Shown here: one piece after another, positions 17,805 through 27,621 of the stretch
Layout of the letters: each line of letters opens with the position of its first letter
Numbering within the stretch: position 1 is the first letter of the stretch
IMG/VR virus record: IMGVR_UViG_3300021085_000001
Location: 1 to 63,142 of that record
Source of the DNA: a virus
Taxonomy: Duplodnaviria > Caudoviricetes
Strand: one strand, 5' to 3'
DNA: 63,142 nt
Made by a program: the position numbers and the translations under genes
The notes under the pieces: generated by a model
The model's database searches: none
Seen by the model: the letters and a program-made list of their open reading frames with translations, nothing else
Told to the model about the DNA's origin: nothing

Positions 17805-20032
17805 TGTACAAGCAGACACTATATGCTATACACACGGATCATCTTAATAAAAAAAATGTTAAGAGCGATAACAGGTATAAGAAGTTTAAATACGGATATA
17901 ATTTAGATCTAGACTGTGTTATTATTAGCAAAGACGGAACTTTAGGCGATATATACGAAGTGCAAGGTTTAAGAATTGGATTACCAGCAGCTCCTAAAGA
18001 TGTAGAAGGTTACAAGTTAAAAACTAAAGATCAAGTCTTTACTAAAACAATAAGGCCTGCATCTTTAGATAAAATAAAAACAGTATATGATTTTAAATTA
18101 CTTCCAGAAGATACTAGAGAAAAGTATTACGACTATATTGATAATGAGTATAATCGTCGCAGCGACGGGTACTGGTTCATGTGCAATGGCACCCCGTGTT
18201 ACATTACAGGGTCACACTATATGTACCTCAACTGGACAAAAATCGACGTGGGATCACCGGATTTTAGACAAGCAAACAGAATTTTTTATTACTTCTGGGA
18301 GGCATGCAAGGCTGATTCAAGAAGCTATGGCATGTGCTACCTCAAGAATAGAAGGTCGGGCTTCTCATTTATGGGAAGTTCAGAGACTGTTGACCAGGCT
18401 ACGGTTACGAGAGATTCAAGATTCGGAATTCTCTCTAAGTCTGGAAGCGATGCTAAGAAGATGTTCACAGATAAGGTTGTACCAATATCAGCAAACTACC
18501 CCTTCTTCTTCAAGCCGATCCAGGACGGTATGGAAAGACCAAAAACGGAATTATCCTATAAGACTCCGTCCAGAAGACTTACAAGAAGCACCGTTAACGA
18601 GGCCTCTGGAGAAACTCAAAAAGGTCTCGACACCACGATCGACTGGAAGAATACAGGAGACAACTCGTATGACGGTGAAAAATTAAGATTACTAATACAC
18701 GATGAGTCCGGTAAGTGGGAAAAACCTGATAATATACTTAACAATTGGCGTGTAACAAAAACCTGCTTAAGGCTAGGTGCTAAAATTGTAGGTAAGTGCA
18801 TGATGGGGTCTACTTCAAACGCTTTGGATAAAGGAGGTAGTAATTTTAAAAAACTATATAATGACTCAAACGTTAAGAAGCGAAATCGCAATGGGCAGAC
18901 TACTAGTGGATTATATTCTTTGTTCATACCAATGGAATGGAACTACGAGGGATTCATTGATAAATATGGATATCCTGTTTTCGATAGTCCAGAAAAGCCT
19001 ATTGAAGGAATCGATGGAGAACTTATCTATATCGGAGTTATCGAGCATTGGGAGAATGAAGCAGATGGGCTTAAAGGAAATGATGATGCTTTAAATGAAT
19101 TTTATCGTCAGTTCCCAAGATATGAAAAGCACGCTTTTCGCGATAAGACTACTGATTCTATATTTAATTTAACAAAAATATACCAACAAATAGATTTCAA
19201 TGAAGAGATGATAATGAGCGGGTATGTAACTAGAGGCTCGTTTCAATGGCGAAATGGTGTTAAAGATACACAAGTTGAATGGCATCCAAATAAAGACGGC
19301 AGGTTTAGGTTGTCATGGATACCTCCGGTTGAAATGCAAAATAATGTAGTAATTGAAAACGGTATTAAGTATCCTGGTAATAAAGACCTAGGCGCTTTTG
19401 GGTGTGATAGTTACGATATTAGCGGTACAGTAGGAGGGGGTGGCTCTAATGGAGCACTACACGGTTTAACAACTTTTTCTATGCACCCTGACGTACCTTC
19501 TTCTCAATTTATATTGGAATACGTTGCAAGGCCTCAAACAGCAGAAATATTTTTTGAGGACGTGCTTATGGCTATTGTTTTTTACGGTATGCCAATACTA
19601 GCAGAGAATAACAAACCTAGACTTTTATATCATTTAAAAAGAAGAGGTTATAGAGGTTACTCTATGAACCGGCCAGATAAATCCAGAAATAAACTTTCTA
19701 TATCGGAAAAAGAATTAGGAGGTATACCTAACTCCTCAGAAGATATTAAACAAGCACATGCTGCTGCAATAGAATCTTATATAGAAAACCACGTAGGTTT
19801 AAAGGATGACGAAGATTATGGGGCAATGTATTTTCAAAGAACGCTCGAAGATTGGTCTAAATTTAATATTAACGCTCGAACAAAATACGACGCTTCTATT
19901 AGTAGCGGACTAGCTATAATGGCTTGTCAACGACATCTATATGCTCCACGTTCAGCAAGAGAAGTAAAAAAAATAAACTTTGGATTTTCAAAGTACAACA
20001 ATAAAGGATCAAACAGTAAATTAATACAATAA
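17804..20032 (+). CDS. terL: Terminase large subunit
   Basis: Walker A-like LKNRRSGFS, Walker B LLIHDESGK, GSTSN, nuclease GCDSYD. Confidence 0.92.
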   Translation: MYKQTLYAIHTDHLNKKNVKSDNRYKKFKYGYNLDLDCVIISKDGTLGDIYEVQGLRIGLPAAPKDVEGYKLKTKDQVFTKTIRPASLDKIKTVYDFKLLPEDTREKYYDYIDNEYNRRSDGYWFMCNGTPCYITGSHYMYLNWTKIDVGSPDFRQANRIFYYFWEACKADSRSYGMCYLKNRRSGFSFMGSSETVDQATVTRDSRFGILSKSGSDAKKMFTDKVVPISANYPFFFKPIQDGMERPKTELSYKTPSRRLTRSTVNEASGETQKGLDTTIDWKNTGDNSYDGEKLRLLIHDESGKWEKPDNILNNWRVTKTCLRLGAKIVGKCMMGSTSNALDKGGSNFKKLYNDSNVKKRNRNGQTTSGLYSLFIPMEWNYEGFIDKYGYPVFDSPEKPIEGIDGELIYIGVIEHWENEADGLKGNDDALNEFYRQFPRYEKHAFRDKTTDSIFNLTKIYQQIDFNEEMIMSGYVTRGSFQWRNGVKDTQVEWHPNKDGRFRLSWIPPVEMQNNVVIENGIKYPGNKDLGAFGCDSYDISGTVGGGGSNGALHGLTTFSMHPDVPSSQFILEYVARPQTAEIFFEDVLMAIVFYGMPILAENNKPRLLYHLKRRGYRGYSMNRPDKSRNKLSISEKELGGIPNSSEDIKQAHAAAIESYIENHVGLKDDEDYGAMYFQRTLEDWSKFNINARTKYDASISSGLAIMACQRHLYAPRSAREVKKINFGFSKYNNKGSNSKLIQ

Positions 20033-20034
20033 AG

Positions 20035-22395
20035 ATGGCAGAATCTACAGGATATGTAACTCAGTTTCCCAGCCAATCAGTTAGTGATGCTAAAAAATCA
20101 AGCATGGACTACGGAAAGGAAGTGGCTCTGGGTATCCAAAATGAATGGTTTAGAAAAAATTCCGGAACAGGGAGGTTTATTCAAAACCAACGCGATTTTC
20201 ATAAATTACGTTTATACGCTCGCGGCGAACAGTCTATACAAAAGTATAAAGATGAGTTTTCAGTAAACGGGGACTTGTCGTATTTAAACTTAGATTGGAA
20301 ACCGGTGCCTATTATACCTAAATTTGTAGATATCGTAGTTAACGGAATGCAAGATCGTTTATTCACGGTCAAAGCGTTTGCTCAAGACCCTACCTCGGTT
20401 AAAGAAAGAACTGATTTTGTAGAAGGCGTACAAGAAGATATAATAACTAAAGATTTTATTGAAGAGGTTGACAGTACTTTAGGCATCGATGTCAGGAATG
20501 TAGCCAGAGAGGGAGCTCCCGGCAGCGAGGATGAGTTAGAGCTTTATATGCAAATTGCGTATAAACCCTCCTTAGAAATTGCTCACGAGATGGCTATTGA
20601 CAATATTTTTAGACGTAATAATTATCACGAGATTAAAAAAAGAGTTGATTACGACCAAACTGTATTAGGAATTGGAGCGGCTAAACACTCTTTTAATAAT
20701 ACTGATGGAATAAAAATAGATTATGTAGATCCCGCTAATTTAATTTATTCTTACACAGAGGATCCTAACTTTGATGATGTGTATTATTTTGGAGAAATAA
20801 AACAAATAAAAGTAAATGAACTTAAAAAACAGTTTCCTGGTTTATCAAATGAAGAGTTTGAGGAGGCTACTAAAAGTTCTACTAATTATAATAATTACGA
20901 TTACACCAATAATGATTCTGCTGATGCTGTAGACTCTAACACACTAACAGTTATGTATTTCAACTGGAAGAGTTGGGAGAAGAGCGTTTATAAAATAAAA
21001 GAAACATCTACAGGCGCTAAAAAAGCAATTAAAAAAGATGATACTTTTAATCCACCTAAAGATGCTAGAACACGTTTTGAAAAAGTGGCTCAAGCAAGAG
21101 AGGTTATATATGAAGGTGTTATGGTGCTCGGTGCTGATAAGCTTTTGAAATGGGAGAAAGCATCAAACATGGTTCGTCCTGATTCAAACACTAATAAAGT
21201 AATGATGAATTACGTTGTTAGTGCGCCTAGAATGTACAAGGGTAGAATTGAAAGCTTAGTGAGTAGAATGGTAACATATGCTGATTTGATTCAGTTAACG
21301 CATTTAAAGTTACAACAAGTTATACAAAGAATGACGCCATCAGGTGTTTATCTTGACGCAGATGGTTTAGCTGAAATTGACTTAGGTAATGGGACTAATT
21401 ATAACCCCCAAGAGGCCTTAAATATGTATTTTCAAACAGGTTCTGTAATAGGTAGGTCTATGACAGTAGACGGAGATATGAATCCTGGTAAAATACCTAT
21501 TCAAGAATTACCAGGTGGTGGTGGACAGCAAAGTTCCTTACTAATACAGTCGTATAATTATTATCTTAATATGATACGCGATGTAACCGGTTTAAATGAA
21601 GCACGTGACGGATCTGATCCTGATCCTAACGCTTTAGTAGGAGTACAAAAGCTTGCAGCCGCCAACTCTAATACAGCAACAAGACACATATTATATAGTT
21701 CATCTTATATAACAACAACTTTAGCTGAAGCTATTTCAATGCGTATTAAAGATGTTCTAGAATTTCATCCACAAAAAGAAGCTTTTATATCTTCTATTGG
21801 TAGATTTTCAGTAGGAGCATTGGAGGAGCTGGAAAGAATGCATCTTCACGACTTTGGTATATTTTTAGAACTTGACCCAGATGAGGATGAAAAACAACTA
21901 GTTGAAAATAATATACAGATAGCATTATCTAGAGATCAAATACATCTTGAAGATGTAATTGATATTAGACAAGTAAAAAACATAAAATTAGCAAACCAAC
22001 TTTTAAAGCACAGAAGAGCTAAGAAAGAAGCTATGGACCAAGAAAAAGCAGAAAGAAATATTGCTGCTCAAAGTCAAGCTAATGCTCAAGCAGCTCAAGC
22101 AGCTGAAATGGCTAAAGCTCAAGCCGAACAAATCAAAGTGCAAGCTAAAAGCCAGCTTGCGGAAATACAAACCCAGCTTGATATTAAAAAGCTAGATAGA
22201 GAAGTAGAACAAAAAAGACAACTAATGTTCTACGAGTATGAATTAAACGCAAAGCTAAAACAAATGGAATTAGACAGCCAAAAAGAAACATCTTTAAATA
22301 AAGCGCCGTCCAATCCTGAGCCTAAAAAAGCTTTTGAGTCTAGCGGTAATGATGTACTAGGGGGTATTGATCTAAGTGGATTTGAACCACGATAA
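20035..22395 (+). CDS. Portal protein
   Basis: Follows terL; 786 aa; VPIIPKFVDIVVNG, IRDVTGLNEARDG; C-terminal coiled coil. Confidence 0.88.
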   Translation: MAESTGYVTQFPSQSVSDAKKSSMDYGKEVALGIQNEWFRKNSGTGRFIQNQRDFHKLRLYARGEQSIQKYKDEFSVNGDLSYLNLDWKPVPIIPKFVDIVVNGMQDRLFTVKAFAQDPTSVKERTDFVEGVQEDIITKDFIEEVDSTLGIDVRNVAREGAPGSEDELELYMQIAYKPSLEIAHEMAIDNIFRRNNYHEIKKRVDYDQTVLGIGAAKHSFNNTDGIKIDYVDPANLIYSYTEDPNFDDVYYFGEIKQIKVNELKKQFPGLSNEEFEEATKSSTNYNNYDYTNNDSADAVDSNTLTVMYFNWKSWEKSVYKIKETSTGAKKAIKKDDTFNPPKDARTRFEKVAQAREVIYEGVMVLGADKLLKWEKASNMVRPDSNTNKVMMNYVVSAPRMYKGRIESLVSRMVTYADLIQLTHLKLQQVIQRMTPSGVYLDADGLAEIDLGNGTNYNPQEALNMYFQTGSVIGRSMTVDGDMNPGKIPIQELPGGGGQQSSLLIQSYNYYLNMIRDVTGLNEARDGSDPDPNALVGVQKLAAANSNTATRHILYSSSYITTTLAEAISMRIKDVLEFHPQKEAFISSIGRFSVGALEELERMHLHDFGIFLELDPDEDEKQLVENNIQIALSRDQIHLEDVIDIRQVKNIKLANQLLKHRRAKKEAMDQEKAERNIAAQSQANAQAAQAAEMAKAQAEQIKVQAKSQLAEIQTQLDIKKLDREVEQKRQLMFYEYELNAKLKQMELDSQKETSLNKAPSNPEPKKAFESSGNDVLGGIDLSGFEPR

Positions 22396-22426
22396 AAAAC
22401 TATTAATTATTTTATATTATTAAATC

Positions 22427-23611
22427 ATGGCAAAATGGACAGTAAAAGGGATTGTAGATGACAACCCAAAAACAAAACAAGAAACAGAACAAGCTGTTTT
22501 AGATAATGCGGTAGAGGCTGGGGAAATTGAACCAGCTTCTGCAGGCGTTGAAGAAGACGTAATTAAAGTTAATTTAGACAAATTAAATGAACCTGAAAAA
22601 GAAATCGTAAAAGAGGAAGTGCCTACCCCTGTTGAAGAAACAGAGGAACCGGTTGTCCTTGAACAAGATCAGGAAGAGTCTAACAACAGCCCTATAGAGT
22701 TAATACAAGAAGAACCAGTAGAAGATTCTACAGGTGACACAAAAGTAGACGAAAGAGCTGCTGAGGTTAATAAGCAACCAAAGCAAGTACAAACACCGGA
22801 ATTACCAGAAAATATTAACAAGCTTGTTAAATTTATGGAAGATACTGGAGGCTCTTTAGAGGATTATGTTAAAATGAATAAAGATGTTTCCGAATTAAAA
22901 GACGGAGATGTATTAAGAGAGTATTACTCTCAATCAAAACCTTGGGATTCAACGGATATTAATGAATACATGGAAGACCAGTTTTCGTTTGATGAAGATG
23001 ATGACCCAAGAGAAATACGCTCAAAGAAAAGAGCGTTCAAAGAAGAACTTTATAATGCTCGTAAGTTTTTTGAAACCAACAAGGAAAAGTATTACGCGGA
23101 CCTTAAGTTAAGCCGCAACCAGGAAATTCCAGAAGAGTATCAAGAAGCCTACGGTGCTTATAATGATTATAAAAAAGAACAAGAAACAAATGAAAAATTA
23201 ACGCAAGTTTTCTTAAATAAGACAGAGCAAGTTTTTTCAGACAACTTTAAAGGATTTGATTTTCAAGTTGGAGATAATAAATTCCGATATAAAGTAAACA
23301 ATAAGTCTGAAGTAAAACAAGCTCAATCTAATATTGCTAATATTATTAAACCTTATTTAGGGGAAGACGGATCAATTTCAGATGCTAAAGGGTACCACAA
23401 AGCTATGTTTGCTGCACAAAACGCAGATAAATTAGCTCAGCATTTTTACGAGCAAGGCCGTGCCGATGCCATACGACAAAATGCAAAAGAAGCTAAGAAC
23501 ATTAATATGGACCCCCGACAAACCGGTGAGATTAAAACATCATCTGGGCAGAAATTCAAAGTTATTTCAGGAGATTCAAGTTCTAAACTAAAAATTAAAC
23601 TTAAACAATAA
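22427..23611 (+). CDS. Putative capsid scaffolding protein
   Basis: Acidic low-complexity N-terminus, helical C-terminus, lies between portal and capsid genes. Confidence 0.7.
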   Translation: MAKWTVKGIVDDNPKTKQETEQAVLDNAVEAGEIEPASAGVEEDVIKVNLDKLNEPEKEIVKEEVPTPVEETEEPVVLEQDQEESNNSPIELIQEEPVEDSTGDTKVDERAAEVNKQPKQVQTPELPENINKLVKFMEDTGGSLEDYVKMNKDVSELKDGDVLREYYSQSKPWDSTDINEYMEDQFSFDEDDDPREIRSKKRAFKEELYNARKFFETNKEKYYADLKLSRNQEIPEEYQEAYGAYNDYKKEQETNEKLTQVFLNKTEQVFSDNFKGFDFQVGDNKFRYKVNNKSEVKQAQSNIANIIKPYLGEDGSISDAKGYHKAMFAAQNADKLAQHFYEQGRADAIRQNAKEAKNINMDPRQTGEIKTSSGQKFKVISGDSSSKLKIKLKQ

Positions 23612-23623
23612 AAAAATTAAGCA

Positions 23624-25048
23624 ATGGCTTTAACTACAGGAATTGAACATTTAACACCAGCACCTTCAAAAGGACAATTATTTGCTGGAAACTACATTAG
23701 CGACTTTAACTTCGCAAACCAATTTTTACCAGACGTATACGAAAAACAAGCAGAGATCTACGGAAATCGTTCTATCTCTTCTTTCTTGCGTTTAGTATCA
23801 GCTGAAATGCCTTCTGCATCTGACGAAATCCGTTGGGTGGAGCAAGGACGTTTACACATCACTTATGATAATGTTGCTCTTAACGCTGCAACTGGAGTGT
23901 TTACAGTTACTTTCGCTAACCTACCTGACGGAACATCTGCGGGAACAGGACAAGTACCTGCTGTACGTGCAGGACAAACCATCATGGTTCAAGAAAAAGA
24001 CGGAACAGGACCAGTATTAAAAGGAGTGGTAACTGTGGCAGGAGCAAACGCGTCTGCAACTACAGGAACATTTACTGCACACTGTTACGAAGCTGCAACT
24101 TGGGCTAAAACAGGATTTACTGCTGCTACAGGAGTACGTGTGTTAGTTTACGGATCTGAATTCGCAAAAGGAACTGCTGGGATGCAAGATTCTATTGAAT
24201 CTGACTACATGAGCTACACTAACAAGCCAATTATCCTAAAAGATAATTACGCTGTTAACGGTTCAGACACTGCTCAAATTGGATGGATTGAAGTTACTTC
24301 TGAAAACGGTGCATCTGGATACTTATGGTATTTACAATCAGAGCACGAAACTCGCCAACGTTTTGAGGATTACTTAGAAATGTCTATGGTTGAAGCAGTT
24401 AAGAAAGCTGGTACCGTACACGCTTCTTTCCCAAGTAATGTAACTGGATCTGAAGGTTTATTCGCAGCTCTTGAAGCTCGTGGTAATGTATTTGAAAATC
24501 TTTCAGGTGACGCTGATCTTTCTGACTTTGACGTTATCTTAAAGCAATTAGACAAGAACGGGGCTATCGAAGAAAACATGATTTATGCAAATAGAGCATT
24601 GTCTCTATCTATTGATGACGGTTTAGCTTCAAAAAATTCTTACGGAGCAAGCGGTACTTCTTACGGAGTATTTAACAACTCTGAGGATATGGCTTTGAAC
24701 TTAGGCTTTGCAGGTTTCCGCAGAGGTTCTTACGACTTCTACAAAACTGACTGGAAATACTTAAACGACGTATCTACTCGTGGAGGATTTACTGATATTG
24801 AAGGAACTATTATTCCAGCTGGTACATCTACAGTTTATGACCAAGATTTAGGTAAAAACATTAAGCGACCATTCTTACACGTGCGTTACCGCGCATCTGA
24901 AGCTGATGATCGCAAAATGAAAACTTGGATTACAGGTTCTGTAGGAGGAGCTTATACTTCTGATGTTGATGAAATGAGAGTTAACTTCTTATCTGAAAGA
25001 TGTTTAATTACTCAAGGAGCTAACAACTTCTTCTTATTGAAAAAATAA
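23624..25048 (+). CDS. Major capsid protein
   Basis: 474 aa, WVEQGRLH, GFRRGSYDFYKTDWKYLN, FLSERCL; strongly biased codons; followed by a terminator. Confidence 0.9.
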   Translation: MALTTGIEHLTPAPSKGQLFAGNYISDFNFANQFLPDVYEKQAEIYGNRSISSFLRLVSAEMPSASDEIRWVEQGRLHITYDNVALNAATGVFTVTFANLPDGTSAGTGQVPAVRAGQTIMVQEKDGTGPVLKGVVTVAGANASATTGTFTAHCYEAATWAKTGFTAATGVRVLVYGSEFAKGTAGMQDSIESDYMSYTNKPIILKDNYAVNGSDTAQIGWIEVTSENGASGYLWYLQSEHETRQRFEDYLEMSMVEAVKKAGTVHASFPSNVTGSEGLFAALEARGNVFENLSGDADLSDFDVILKQLDKNGAIEENMIYANRALSLSIDDGLASKNSYGASGTSYGVFNNSEDMALNLGFAGFRRGSYDFYKTDWKYLNDVSTRGGFTDIEGTIIPAGTSTVYDQDLGKNIKRPFLHVRYRASEADDRKMKTWITGSVGGAYTSDVDEMRVNFLSERCLITQGANNFFLLKK

Positions 25049-25063
25049 GAAATAACAATTAGG

Positions 25064-25097
25064 ATATTCCCTCTGCTCCGGCAGGGGGATATTTTAT
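25064..25097 (+). terminator. Rho-independent terminator after the capsid gene
   Basis: TCCCTCTGC-TCCG-GCAGGGGGA hairpin followed by a T-rich tract. Confidence 0.75.
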
Positions 25098-25113
25098 TAT
25101 TAAATTATATATT

Positions 25114-25839
25114 ATGAAAAACTGGGAAATTAAAGATAGAACTTATATGTTGACCGGAGGATTATCTCCTTTAACATATATTATTAAATCAAAGGGAATA
25201 CTTTGGTTTGATGAAAAACAAGGTTTACAGCGTGAAATTAGATATGCAGCTAACCAAAAGTCTCTTTTTAGAGATGAACAGGACGACTACGCTCGTATGG
25301 AGCACGTTGTTTTTGAAAATGGAGTGTTAACAGTTCCTAGAAGTAAAACATTACTTCAGCAGTTGTTATCAAAATATCATCCAGAAGCAGGTAAAAAATG
25401 GCAAGAACTTGATCCTCAAAAAGACGCTATCGATGATGTAGAAATGATTGAAATTGAACTTGAAGCTATGCGTTTAGTTCAAGAGCTTGAAATCGAACAT
25501 TTAGAAGCTATTCTTAGAACAGAGGTCGGCTCTGATATTAACTCAATGTCTTCTAAAGAAATTAAAAGAGATTGTTATTTATTCGCTAAAAATGAACCTC
25601 AATTGTTTATTGAAATAGCTAATGACGAAGATATAAAACTTAGAAACTTAGCTAATAGAGCAGTTGAAACAAGTATAGTTAATTTAACTGACGACAATAC
25701 TGTTTTCAAATGGGCGTCTAATGGTAAAAAAATTATGACTGTTCCGTTTGATGAACACCCATATACAGCGTTTGCACGATTCTTAAAAACAGATGAAGGA
25801 GTAGACGTTATGAAAGCTATCACAAAAAAGCTTTCATAA
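25114..25839 (+). CDS. Conserved hypothetical morphogenesis-region protein
   Basis: 241-aa ORF directly after the capsid gene. Confidence 0.65.
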   Translation: MKNWEIKDRTYMLTGGLSPLTYIIKSKGILWFDEKQGLQREIRYAANQKSLFRDEQDDYARMEHVVFENGVLTVPRSKTLLQQLLSKYHPEAGKKWQELDPQKDAIDDVEMIEIELEAMRLVQELEIEHLEAILRTEVGSDINSMSSKEIKRDCYLFAKNEPQLFIEIANDEDIKLRNLANRAVETSIVNLTDDNTVFKWASNGKKIMTVPFDEHPYTAFARFLKTDEGVDVMKAITKKLS

Positions 25840-25896
25840 AACACCAGGCTACAGCTATTGATTTAGCTGTGGTCATCTAATAAATAAATAAAACCA

Positions 25897-26601
25897 ATGG
25901 TAAGTATAGACAAAGTTTATAAAACAGTGTTAAACATCCTTAATAAAGAGAATAGAGGGTATATTGTTCCTAGGGAATTCAATACGCTAGCTAACCAAGC
26001 CCAGAATGAAATTTTTGAAGCTTATTTTTCAAAAAGAAATTATGCGGTAACAAACAATTCAGACTATTCTGACATTAGACAGAACATTGAAGAAAAAATT
26101 GCTTTGTTTGAGAATGAAGAAACTGTTGATCAAGCTACTTTTTCAAACGCTGAAGGTAACACTACTAATAGTTATTTTTCTTTTCCTAGCAACTTTTATA
26201 GATTAGGCAACGTATCTTCTAGTGGTATATTAGTTGAAGAAGTTTCTAATAAGAAAATAAACTTTATAAATAGAGCCCCGCTAACCAAACCTACTATTAA
26301 TAGCCCTGTTTACGTTAGACACGAAGGAGGGTTTGTTTTATACCCGACTACAGGTATAACAAGCACTTTAGTTAGCTATATAAGAAAACCCGCCGAACCA
26401 AATTGGATAGGAGGAACATCTGGAGGCCAGGTAGTAGCTAATGAAAGTGCTACAGGTTATCAAAACTTTGAGTTGCATGATTCCGAATTTCATAATTTAG
26501 TAATTAAAGTTTTAGCATATGCAGGAGTTATAATAAGAGCAGCTGACATAACACAAGTAGCGGCAGCAAAAGATCAACAAATACAACAAGCTGAAAAATA
26601 A
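25897..26601 (+). CDS. Head-tail adaptor / tail ring protein
   Basis: LNKENRGYIVPREFN...YIRKP..P.W; position after capsid module. Confidence 0.65.
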   Translation: MVSIDKVYKTVLNILNKENRGYIVPREFNTLANQAQNEIFEAYFSKRNYAVTNNSDYSDIRQNIEEKIALFENEETVDQATFSNAEGNTTNSYFSFPSNFYRLGNVSSSGILVEEVSNKKINFINRAPLTKPTINSPVYVRHEGGFVLYPTTGITSTLVSYIRKPAEPNWIGGTSGGQVVANESATGYQNFELHDSEFHNLVIKVLAYAGVIIRAADITQVAAAKDQQIQQAEK

Positions 26602-27533
26602 TGGCAGAATCAAGAAAACTATACAACGAAAGAGGATATTACGCTAAACACCAAGGTGACACAGCTAATGTGCCTACAGATTTTGAAGGATTAGGGTACT
26701 ACAGAAGAACAAACTTGGAAGATGCAGTAAACAACTTTATTGTTGCCTACGTGGGTGACGATAAAGCTTTAGCTAAGGTGCCTAGGTATGAAGTTGAGTT
26801 TTGGGCACAAAGAGGGGTGCAAGAGTTTAGCTATGATATTCTTAATAGTGATAAAAGCATTGAGCTTGAACTTAGTGACGCTCTAACGTTTGCTATTCCG
26901 CAAGACTACGTAGACTATGTAGCAATTTCACGAGTAGAAAAAGACGGTAGTAAGACTAGGCTTATAAATAGCAGAAAAGCAAACAACCCTAAAGCACCTA
27001 TACAAAACTCTGATTACGAAATAACATTTGACTCTGACGACGACATATTAGCTAGTTCTGCTTCTGAGACTGTAGGTAGATTTAAAAATACTAGTAATTA
27101 TATAGAGACCGCTGAGCAGGAGAATAATAGGTATAATGATGATGATTACCCTTATTCTAATAAAAGATATGGAGGTAATCCCGAGGACATGAACTCAGAA
27201 AGCACATTTTTTGTAGATAAAGTTAACGGTATAATCTATTTTGACGGGACGGTTAAAAAAGACAGTTTAATCATTTTAGACTATATTTCTGATGGCTTAG
27301 CAGACAACGGGGATCTAACTAAGGTTTACATACCAAAGCTCGCTGAGGATGCTCTATATGCTTATATATTATATAATTTATCTAAAGTTAGACCTACACT
27401 CGCGGGTATAGTGCCTTTATATAAAAAAGAAGCTAGCTCTAAGATGAGAAATGCTAAAATAAGGTTGTCTAATTACAATCTTCCAGAACTAGCTCAAGTT
27501 TTAAGAGGCAAGTCAAAATGGATAAAACACTAA
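26601..27533 (+). CDS. Tail ring / structural protein
   Basis: QEFSYD, IPQDYVDYV, LDYISDGL, PKLAEDALY. Confidence 0.65.
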   Translation: MAESRKLYNERGYYAKHQGDTANVPTDFEGLGYYRRTNLEDAVNNFIVAYVGDDKALAKVPRYEVEFWAQRGVQEFSYDILNSDKSIELELSDALTFAIPQDYVDYVAISRVEKDGSKTRLINSRKANNPKAPIQNSDYEITFDSDDDILASSASETVGRFKNTSNYIETAEQENNRYNDDDYPYSNKRYGGNPEDMNSESTFFVDKVNGIIYFDGTVKKDSLIILDYISDGLADNGDLTKVYIPKLAEDALYAYILYNLSKVRPTLAGIVPLYKKEASSKMRNAKIRLSNYNLPELAQVLRGKSKWIKH

Positions 27534-27536
27534 ACA

Positions 27537-27567
27537 TATACCTTTTGCTATATTTATGCAATATATA
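27537..27567 (+). promoter_or_regulatory. Class II repeated motif, putative phage promoter upstream of tail genes
   Basis: TATACCTTTTGCTATATTTATGCAATATATA; matches 62786-62816 (+) and 57211-57241 (-). Confidence 0.75.
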
Positions 27568-27621
27568 TTATATAAATATAATATATGCAGTTAAATGTAG
27601 TTTTTAATAAAAATAATTCAA

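Noticed and set aside
18087-18686. 199-aa alternate-frame ORF inside terL
   Set aside because: No recognisable motif; explained by local codon composition of the overlapping conserved gene.
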